Positions 19,560-26,181 of a stretch of 32,000 bases of DNA are shown one piece after another. Position 1 is the first letter of the stretch, and each line of letters opens with the position of its first letter. Origin of the DNA: a beta proteobacterium MWH-UniP1. GTDB taxonomy: Bacteria; Pseudomonadota; Gammaproteobacteria; Burkholderiales; Burkholderiaceae_A. The stretch is taken from positions 217,401 through 249,400 of the forward strand of contig CP143625.1 of NCBI GenBank assembly GCA_036362785.1, written 5' to 3'. The translations under genes and the position numbers were made by a program. The notes below the pieces were generated by a model. It saw only the letters and a list, made by a program, of their open reading frames with translations, searched no databases and was not told the origin of the DNA.

Positions 19560-20075
19560 ATGAAAAGCAATCAAAAGCACAGCATGGCTGTGCGCTTATA
19601 CGACAACCCAAAGTTCGGCAAAACATTTGGGAAGGGTCTTTATCACAACACACTTTTTAATGGCACAGTGGATTTGCCAGTGCTGGGTCTAAAGTATTTA
19701 ATCGATTTGGTCCAATACGAGCAGTGGCAGCACACCGCCAAAAGCGATCAGGATATGGAGATGCTGGCCACAGCGATTGACTACCTGAAAGCCCAAGACA
19801 TCGATATTGAGTCTGGGGCTAATCGCACCAATATCTTGTGCAGTTGGATAAAGCGGTTTGACAGCAATATGTTGAAACCCAAAGTCCCGGGATTTGCATT
19901 ACTGGATTTGCAGAAGTGCAAGATCACGGTCGTCGTAACGGACGAACAACATGGCATCGCGTTTGGCGAGCGGCTTTGTATGCGCAGCTGCAAGGATCCG
20001 AGCAATGGGCAGCGCAGCCCTAACTACTTTGCCAGCAACTACGACGCAGACACGCGACTGCCACTAGCAGCATAA
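19560..20075 (+). CDS. Hypothetical protein (171 aa)
   Basis: ATG 19560 preceded by AAGGAG (19545-19550). No recognisable domain. Confidence 0.55.
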   Translation: MKSNQKHSMAVRLYDNPKFGKTFGKGLYHNTLFNGTVDLPVLGLKYLIDLVQYEQWQHTAKSDQDMEMLATAIDYLKAQDIDIESGANRTNILCSWIKRFDSNMLKPKVPGFALLDLQKCKITVVVTDEQHGIAFGERLCMRSCKDPSNGQRSPNYFASNYDADTRLPLAA

Positions 20076-20469
20076 GTGCACTGTGTAGGCGCGAGGGTGG
20101 TGGTCAAAAATCACCACCCAGAAAATCCAAGTACTCCACAGCTGAAAAATGCAGCAGCACCCAAAAACCCAGCAAGTTGGCGGGTTATGTGCGCGAGCTA
20201 CGCAAAGCGGGTGTGGGCAGCACTAGCCCAGCAGCAAAACCCCCTCAAAAAAGCCCTACAGCAGCTTTTTGGCTGGCTCCGAATGCTCTGGGTGCTGGGC
20301 TGTGCTGTCGTGCGCTTGTAGGGCTGATTTGCTGTGTGGCGTAAATGCCATGCAGTGCAGCGAACACATAAGGAAATACATAAACCCTTTTCGATTCCAG
20401 CTAAGTGCTTGATTTTTGGAAGGATCTGCAGCGGCCATTTTTAGGTAGGAATTTGCGAGAAATGAAAAC

Positions 20470-20483
20470 ACACTTGCAAGTGT
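20470..20483. promoter_or_regulatory. Perfect 14-bp palindrome ACACTTGCAAGTGT upstream of the small recombinase gene (possible operator)
   Basis: Read directly. It lies 32 bp upstream of ATG 20515. Confidence 0.3.
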
Positions 20484-20514
20484 CAATTATTTGCACACAA
20501 AGGAGCACAGCACC

Positions 20515-21081
20515 ATGGCACAAGCCAAAACACTTACCCAAGCTGAACTTGATCAAGTACTGCGCCACTGCGCACGCACCCGCTACAAAGCACGAAATAG
20601 GGCGATGGTGGTTACGAGTTTTTGGAGTGGGATGCGGGTAGGGGAGATCGCGGCACTAAGAGTGGGTGATGTCGCGAACACGGACGGCACGATCAAGAGC
20701 GAAGTACGGCTTTTGGCGCAGCAAACGAAGGGGCACTATGGCAGGGTGGTATTTTTAAATGACAAACTTAGGGCAGAGCTTGCAGCTTATCTGCGCACTG
20801 TTCGGGTGAAAAATCTCCAGCAGCCACTTTTTTACACCGAAAAGGCGGCAGGGTTTTCAGCCAACACGCTAACGCAGTGGTTCTATTGGACCTACAAAAA
20901 AGCTGGCATTAGTGGTGCCAGCAGCCACAGCGGCAGGCGCACTTTCATCACCAACTTAGCCAGCAAAGGCATTGGGGTGCGGGTGTTGGCAAGTTTGGCA
21001 GGGCACCGATCGATTGCCGTCACGCAGGCATATATCGATGTGAACGATGACATGAAGCGGCAGGCGGTGGAGCTGGTTTGA
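20515..21081 (+). CDS. Small tyrosine recombinase (188 aa, catalytic domain only; FimB/FimE-sized)
   Basis: WSGMRVGEIAALRVGDV (catalytic Arg), SSHSGRRTFITNL (HxxR), LAGHRSIAVTQAYIDV (His and Tyr). AAGGAG about 10 nt upstream of ATG 20515. Confidence 0.85.
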   Translation: MAQAKTLTQAELDQVLRHCARTRYKARNRAMVVTSFWSGMRVGEIAALRVGDVANTDGTIKSEVRLLAQQTKGHYGRVVFLNDKLRAELAAYLRTVRVKNLQQPLFYTEKAAGFSANTLTQWFYWTYKKAGISGASSHSGRRTFITNLASKGIGVRVLASLAGHRSIAVTQAYIDVNDDMKRQAVELV

Positions 21082-21088
21082 CTCACTA

Positions 21089-21538
21089 TCAAGCCAATAA
21101 TCGTCTAAGCCGTTCGATTTTATCTGCATGTTTTATCTGGTCAAATAGTCCGCCATGATCTCGATATATGCTCATGTCTTCCTGAAGTGATTTTTTTAAT
21201 CGAGGATTTAGAGATGTACAAGCTTTTAGTTTAGCCTCAGCTGCGATCTGTTTGTCTGGCCCGACACTCTCTAATGCCTCGATAATCACAGCCAGAGTAA
21301 AAGCATTCTGGGCATTTAACATCGCCTCATATTGCGCATTCGGCGCGAGAAAAAGGCTTTGTCTCATAATTTCGATTGTCTCATCTGCTGCTATGAATAT
21401 AGCATCTATAAATGTCGATAAGTCCTCTGGGCTATTGCTCTCCGCTTGTGCAATTATCCCCATCGCCATGGTTTTCATATATTCCATGCGTTGTGTAATC
21501 GCTTTATCGATCATTGCGGCTGCCTGGGCTTTGTCCAT
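21089..21538 (-). CDS. Hypothetical all-helical protein (149 aa), downstream of the TGT-like gene
   Basis: ATG 21538 preceded by AAAGGAG. AT-rich. No recognisable motif. Confidence 0.55.
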   Translation of the reverse strand: MDKAQAAAMIDKAITQRMEYMKTMAMGIIAQAESNSPEDLSTFIDAIFIAADETIEIMRQSLFLAPNAQYEAMLNAQNAFTLAVIIEALESVGPDKQIAAEAKLKACTSLNPRLKKSLQEDMSIYRDHGGLFDQIKHADKIERLRRLLA

Positions 21539-21557
21539 CCTGTATCTCCTTTTACTT

Positions 21558-21580
21558 AAAACCCTAATTTAAGGTTTTAG
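21558..21580. repeat. 23-bp near-palindrome, copy 2 (aaaaccctaatttaaggttttag)
   Basis: Identical to copy 1. Overlaps the stop codon of the TGT-like gene (21577-21579) and lies 20 bp upstream of the start of the 149-aa ORF. Confidence 0.8.
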
Positions 21581-22896
21581 CCCTCGTAACGAGACGCTGC
21601 CACGGCATCCAGCAAACTGCTGTGTTCATCAAGCAGTGCACGCCAGTCTTTTGCGGCAAATAGCTGCTCAATCAAATCCAAAAGCTGTGCGTATTGCCTC
21701 GGCAACTGATCACGATGCCCACCAAAGGCCAGAGCGTTTGCTCGTCGTGCCGCGTCCAGTATCACCCAGGTATTATGATTTACCAGTAGCTGTGAGCTAA
21801 TCGTATCTAATCGCCTCCCCGCAAATGGGTCAGGGTCAACAGCGAGATGATGCATCATGAGTTTTTGCCCGATTGGCGATTGCAGGTTTGCAGGTATAGG
21901 ATTGTTTGCGTCTGTATGATACTGGTGCAAAGTCATCGTCTGGAATCGATAAGACCAATCCTGGGCTGAAGGCCCAAGATTGATAGGCAAAATATATGCA
22001 TCCTTATTTCCTGCTTGACGCGTCGGTGTGGCACTGTCACAGCTGACTTGCAACAGCGAATTTGTTTTTCTCAATTCACGCTGTATGGCTGTCAGCACGA
22101 TGTCCCAAGTGGGCTGCGACATTCCAAGCACATGCAACCAATCCATCCCTTTTTCAAATGCAGCCTCATCACGCATCATCAGCACGGTGGCTAATACATT
22201 TTTCACACCGCCACGCCAACCTGCAGCACCTGCCAAAGCCCAACCACCACCGCGGAACCACTTCACACTGTCCCACCAACGCTGGATATTTTGTGCATTG
22301 GTGCCTTGGATGACATTAAGCCATTTTGTTCTGCCGCGACGCTCTGCGTCGATAATACGCAGATTCTCTACCGTCATATCGATTAGCTGTTGTTCATTAC
22401 AGCGATGAAAAGGTGAGGCCTTTCCAGATGCGGTCATTGCCCATAGCGGCATGTCAATCGTCATGGCGTAGTCACAATAACGCTCAAGCCAATCGATAAT
22501 CCAAATCTTTGCGTCGTAATTTTCAGCCCACGCACGAACGGCGGCGGCACCGTCCATATTTGCCGTAAGTCCCTTTACGCCTTGCAGCGTGCCTGTGCCA
22601 ATCTGGAAACCTCCGCTGTCACCCACCAATACAAACTCGCCAGCTGTTTTATTAAAGATGCTGCCCCGTGTATCAACACCCACACGATAACCGCCCACGG
22701 AATGCAGCAAGCACTTATGCGTCCATAGTTTGCTATTGCCACTCCAAAATGCGAGATCGGCAAGCGTTAAGCCTGCGGGCAGTGCACGGTCTGCGGGTGT
22801 TGGCAAGTCTGCTACGCGGATGTAGTTCTCGTTTAATGCGGGCAGATACACTGCCGTATCATGGGGCACACTCAGTGCAAATTGATCTGCTGTCAT
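21577..22896 (-). CDS. TGT-superfamily protein (tRNA-guanine transglycosylase fold), DpdA/TgtA5-like candidate DNA or RNA base-exchange enzyme
   Basis: 439 aa. VGDSGGFQIG (nt 22603-22620) matches TGT DSGGFQ. LNVIQGTN matches GIVQGG. GGWALAGAAG matches GYAIGGLSVGE. LHVLGMSQPTWD matches LMGVGxPxD. VSCDSATPTR matches FDCVxPTR. LVNHN matches the HNL motif. No CxCxxC...H zinc motif. Confidence 0.8.
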   Translation of the reverse strand: MTADQFALSVPHDTAVYLPALNENYIRVADLPTPADRALPAGLTLADLAFWSGNSKLWTHKCLLHSVGGYRVGVDTRGSIFNKTAGEFVLVGDSGGFQIGTGTLQGVKGLTANMDGAAAVRAWAENYDAKIWIIDWLERYCDYAMTIDMPLWAMTASGKASPFHRCNEQQLIDMTVENLRIIDAERRGRTKWLNVIQGTNAQNIQRWWDSVKWFRGGGWALAGAAGWRGGVKNVLATVLMMRDEAAFEKGMDWLHVLGMSQPTWDIVLTAIQRELRKTNSLLQVSCDSATPTRQAGNKDAYILPINLGPSAQDWSYRFQTMTLHQYHTDANNPIPANLQSPIGQKLMMHHLAVDPDPFAGRRLDTISSQLLVNHNTWVILDAARRANALAFGGHRDQLPRQYAQLLDLIEQLFAAKDWRALLDEHSSLLDAVAASRYEG

Positions 22897-24695
22897 TTGC
22901 GCAGCCGCTTCATGTTTTCCAGTAGCTGCTGATTTTCAGCTTCGGTGGGGTCAGGCACCAAATCGTCGGGATCTTTGCTGGTTTCCAAACCTTCTGTTTG
23001 CACAGGGTTATAGGGTTCAAAGCATTGCGTGTGTCTCGTACCAGCATCATCTGCAGTGGGGATCCAGCACTCAAAGCTGTTGGCATCCGTTTCAAACTGC
23101 AGCCGTAATGCACCACTGTCTATCGCTAAATCAATATCACCCATGATGTTGAGGTCTGCTATCTGCCGCAGTGTGAACATGAGATCGGCTGAGCGTACCG
23201 TTACACACATAAACTGATTAAATTGCTTGACAGGCAAGGCAAGAGTGCGTGTTTGGCTGTAGCCCACGCCCGTGTCAAGATCAAAGCCAATGATCAATGC
23301 ATTTTTATCTAAGCCCAAGCTCATGGTGCGGTTGAGATCACGATTGGCTTTATCGCCACGATTCTTCACCCATTTATCCACGAACTCGGTAGTCGTCTCA
23401 CGCAGCCAATCCAGGCTAATCTGTGCCGCCCACTGTGCTGAAAATGCATCACTGCGATTGGTGACTTGCCACACTGGCGTGCCCATCGATTCGTAAAACG
23501 GGATAAAGCTCAACGGCGGGTGACTGAGATTTTTAGTCACGGCAAGTATTTGATTAGCGGTGACACCGTCTTTGCCATCCAATATCAGTTTGGTGTCTAA
23601 CTTTACATACTGGGCCGCGATAAATCCGGCTGGCACACGATGGAACTTTTGATCGGAAGATGCACGGAATAAATTAAAAGCGGATTGATGCAACAATCGC
23701 CGCTCGATCGATTGCCGTGCACTCTCCATCAAGAACATGTCACCCTTGCGTTTATCCATCACGGCTTTTTTGGGGCGAGAAGTCAGCACCACGCTGCTAT
23801 CAACGCCTGTGAGACTGAGCAGAAAGTCTGCGGTGTCAGCCCTGTATATCAAACGGCGATGTGCCAGCATAGCTTTGGGTTTTGCAGCCCACGGATCTTT
23901 TATGCGGCTTTTCTCTGCGAGCTTGTCGTAGGCATGTGCGATTGAGCGTGGCACATTGAGAACATGCAAAGGCTCTAACACACTGCGGACAGTGATCGGC
24001 TGTGCGGTAAAGTCATCGCGATAGGTTTTTATTAACGCTTCATCGATCAGTGTGTTGTCGTTGCTGGTGCCCACCAATGTGACTTTGCCGCTGTGTTTGT
24101 GCATGACCACCACGCTGTAGCCTGCATCCGAAGTGTGTAGTGCGGGCATATTGATGCTGGGGCGATGTTGGCTTTGGGCGTAAAACTTGCGAGCTTCATC
24201 GCGTAGCACGGGGATCAGTTCCGCTTCGTTTAGATCAAATAACAGCAGCGGTGCATCTTCGATCAGTTCCTCATCATCAGTCTGCGTGCCGTGATAGCCC
24301 GCCAATCCTGCTTTGCCACCATTAAGCTTTACGAAATGACAGATGGCTTCAACTGGCTCCGTCGCGTAATGATCGGGATATTTTTCAAACTCGTCATGGA
24401 TACGACGCAAAGCTTTTGCCCATAAATCCAAGTCAGTGTCTTGTATTCGGTTGTCGTGCACCAGCCGCAGCAGTGGGCGGAAATTTACGCCGCGAGTTTT
24501 GTTGAAAGTGATGTGGTTATGCTGATAGCAGGCTTCCAGATAGCCAGGCACCGAGGCAGCTTCTCGCCACCATAAGTAAGCGTGGGCCATGATGCGGCGT
24601 TCATGCTCGCGGGTGAGTTTTTCTAAGACTGCAAAGTTGGCGACATCAAGTTGTAGTTCCGCCAGCCGTGTGTCCAGATTGAGTGTCTGTGCCAT
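22893..24695 (-). CDS. Large hypothetical protein (600 aa), translationally coupled to the TGT-like gene
   Basis: Long uninterrupted ORF. AAGGA 9 nt upstream of ATG 24695. The stop overlaps the downstream start (ATGA at 22893-22896). I could find no Walker A, ParB/DGQHR, HNH or PD-(D/E)xK motif. Confidence 0.75.
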   Translation of the reverse strand: MAQTLNLDTRLAELQLDVANFAVLEKLTREHERRIMAHAYLWWREAASVPGYLEACYQHNHITFNKTRGVNFRPLLRLVHDNRIQDTDLDLWAKALRRIHDEFEKYPDHYATEPVEAICHFVKLNGGKAGLAGYHGTQTDDEELIEDAPLLLFDLNEAELIPVLRDEARKFYAQSQHRPSINMPALHTSDAGYSVVVMHKHSGKVTLVGTSNDNTLIDEALIKTYRDDFTAQPITVRSVLEPLHVLNVPRSIAHAYDKLAEKSRIKDPWAAKPKAMLAHRRLIYRADTADFLLSLTGVDSSVVLTSRPKKAVMDKRKGDMFLMESARQSIERRLLHQSAFNLFRASSDQKFHRVPAGFIAAQYVKLDTKLILDGKDGVTANQILAVTKNLSHPPLSFIPFYESMGTPVWQVTNRSDAFSAQWAAQISLDWLRETTTEFVDKWVKNRGDKANRDLNRTMSLGLDKNALIIGFDLDTGVGYSQTRTLALPVKQFNQFMCVTVRSADLMFTLRQIADLNIMGDIDLAIDSGALRLQFETDANSFECWIPTADDAGTRHTQCFEPYNPVQTEGLETSKDPDDLVPDPTEAENQQLLENMKRLRK

Positions 24696-24700
24696 GGCCC

Positions 24701-24723
24701 AAAATCCTTAATTTAGGGTTTTT
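24701..24723. repeat. 23-bp near-palindrome, copy 3 (aaaatccttaatttagggttttt), diverged
   Basis: Same TAATTTA centre. Its arms match copies 1 and 2 at about 19/23 positions in either orientation. It starts 6 bp upstream of the 600-aa ORF start and contains that gene's AAGGA Shine-Dalgarno. Confidence 0.7.
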
Positions 24724-24752
24724 GGCAAGCATAACGCAGCTATATGGGATAG

Positions 24753-24929
24753 GTGGTTCGCACTGCCACCAAACCCCAGAAACCCAAGACGCCCGCGGAG
24801 CAGCGTGTGTCGGCGTTGAAGACACAGCTGGATCAGGCTCGCGTGGCGGCTCGGAGGCAGCGGCTAGCTGCGAGGCAGGCACGGTTGAACCAAGAACGGG
24901 CGGCTTTAACTAAAAACATTGGTCAATAA
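24753..24929 (+). CDS. Possible small (58 codon) Arg/Gln/Ala-rich ORF or gene remnant
   Basis: GTG start directly after a TAG, with a poor Shine-Dalgarno. Not in the ORF track (<60 aa). The product QKPKTPAEQRVSALKTQLDQAR... resembles AKPLNPQEARLRTLQAQVEQAR... from 17971..18144. Confidence 0.25.
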   Translation: MVRTATKPQKPKTPAEQRVSALKTQLDQARVAARRQRLAARQARLNQERAALTKNIGQ

Positions 24930-24962
24930 AAAACCCCCGCCTTGTGAGCGGGGGGTTTTTGT
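24928..24962. terminator. Rho-independent terminator of porin gene 2 (bidirectional shape)
   Basis: cccccgc/gcggggg hairpin (24934-24940 / 24949-24955), flanked by an A-run and a T-run. Paralogous to the terminator at 15095..15122. Confidence 0.6.
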
Positions 24963-25002
24963 GGTTTCTAACTCTTAGACAGCGTGATCGCTGTGGGGGA
25001 GA

Positions 25003-26181
25003 TTAGAAGGTGTGGACAATGCCGAGTGCAGTTTGGCTGTACTTGTCTTCCTTAGCATCAGCATGGGTACCCTTATCGAGCTTGGTCTCACCGGTGATCA
25101 GGTAAGCAGATGTGCGCTTGCTAAATGCATAGCTCGCACCAAGCGAGTAGCCGCTGACATTGCGGCTTTCGGTGGTTCCCGCGGCAGCCGCAAGCTTGTT
25201 CTTGCCGTCAGAGTACTGGCCCATCAAAGTGATTGCACCGAGAGGTAAACGGAGACCGACGCTCATTGCGTCTGCTTCGCCTTCACCCTTGGCAATTGCC
25301 TCGAGGTCATTGTCCAGTTCTTTCTTGCCGTATTGGAGGAACGCCTGCGCCACGCCAAAATTGTAAGAGCCACCGATCACGGTTGTCTTGACTTTTCCAT
25401 CGAAAGCGGCGACAGCCTCAGATGCCACTAACGATGAGCCGGCTGTCAAATAATTGCCTATGCTTAGCGCCTCGTTCTTCTGCTTGACATCCTGGTAGGC
25501 AGCGCCAATTGACAGGGGGCCATCTGCGTACTGCAGCGCAGCAATGTAGCCAGACTGAGCTTTTGCGGATTTGTCGTTACTACTTCCCAAATTGGCATCG
25601 TCGTTTTTAGAGATTCCAACCGTGCCCTTTAGTCCCTTGACCAGAGTCTGGGACACTTGGATACCAGTGCGGCGGTTGCTGGAGAATTGGCTGTCGTTGT
25701 TTAGGACATTACCAACCATGTTCGAACCGGCCATGGCGTCATAGGCAATCGTGAAATCACGGATCGGGGTCGAGCCAAAACCAACACGAACATCGGTTCC
25801 TGTGGGGAAGGACAGGGTTGCGAAGATCCCGCGATCACCAACCACTGCGTTGTCGAGTGTGGTGCCGTTTCCGTTGTTGGTACCGTTGGCGTTCTGGGGG
25901 TTTTTCTCCAAGCCACTACGCATGTTGGTGCTGATGCCGGTCTCAACCGTAAAAGACGCCTTGAGACCACCGCCGAGATCCTCCGTGCCGCTGATACCCC
26001 AACGGCTTGAAGAGTTGGAACTAAAGCCAACAGCAGACTTCTTTGCGACCTTCACGCCTGCAGTTTCACGCTCAATCGTGCCGTAGCCAGCGTCCAACAA
26101 GCCGTAGAAAGTAACATTCTGAGCCATCGCGGGCACTGCAACAGCAGCAGCCACGGCGGCAGCAATAAGATGCTTCTTCAT
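25003..26181 (-). CDS. Outer-membrane general porin, paralog 2
   Basis: Signal peptide identical to porin 1 (MKKHLIAAAVAAAVAVPAMAQNV). GTEDLGGGLKA motif shared with porin 1. C-terminal ...GIVHTF. Confidence 0.85.
   Translation of the reverse strand: MKKHLIAAAVAAAVAVPAMAQNVTFYGLLDAGYGTIERETAGVKVAKKSAVGFSSNSSSRWGISGTEDLGGGLKASFTVETGISTNMRSGLEKNPQNANGTNNGNGTTLDNAVVGDRGIFATLSFPTGTDVRVGFGSTPIRDFTIAYDAMAGSNMVGNVLNNDSQFSSNRRTGIQVSQTLVKGLKGTVGISKNDDANLGSSNDKSAKAQSGYIAALQYADGPLSIGAAYQDVKQKNEALSIGNYLTAGSSLVASEAVAAFDGKVKTTVIGGSYNFGVAQAFLQYGKKELDNDLEAIAKGEGEADAMSVGLRLPLGAITLMGQYSDGKNKLAAAAGTTESRNVSGYSLGASYAFSKRTSAYLITGETKLDKGTHADAKEDKYSQTALGIVHTF

Larger units (their letters stand above)
16400..24930. 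mobile_element. Integrase-bearing genomic island inserted between two porin paralogs (boundaries approximate)
   Basis: Tyrosine integrase at the left edge, a second small tyrosine recombinase, orphan ORFs, visibly AT-rich patches and repeated 23-bp palindromes. Housekeeping or cell-envelope genes lie on both sides. No tRNA or clear att direct repeat was found. Confidence 0.55.

Noticed and set aside
20076-20321. 81-aa ORF starting with GTG immediately after the stop of gene 19560..20075 (and the overlapping minus-strand ORF 20256..20486)
   Set aside because: No Shine-Dalgarno. The product is low-complexity and Pro/Ala/Gln-rich. Coding cannot be told apart from chance, so the region is left as unannotated intergenic.
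22028-22408. 126-aa plus-strand ORF inside the TGT-like gene (also the 23029..23945 small ORFs inside the 600-aa gene)
   Set aside because: They are antisense to long ORFs with a good Shine-Dalgarno and start-stop coupling. Their products are compositionally odd.
21577-22896. Interpreting the TGT-like gene as the housekeeping queuosine tRNA-guanine transglycosylase
   Set aside because: It lacks the CxCxxC...H zinc motif, has an extended divergent N- and C-terminus, lies in an integrase island, is coupled to an unknown 600-aa gene, and has no queA/yajC/secDF neighbours. This cannot be fully excluded without phylogeny.
17952-24723. Whether the 23-bp repeats form a CRISPR array
   Set aside because: There are only three copies, separated by 3.1-3.6 kb of coding DNA. 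There is no regular spacer structure and no cas genes.
24646-24913. ORFs 24646..24882 (-) and 24683..24913 (+) between the 600-aa gene and the porin-2 terminator
   Set aside because: They are mutually overlapping frames in a GC-rich stretch, and one overlaps the start of the 600-aa gene. The only frame with any outside support is the small ORF 24753..24929, and even that is called at low confidence.
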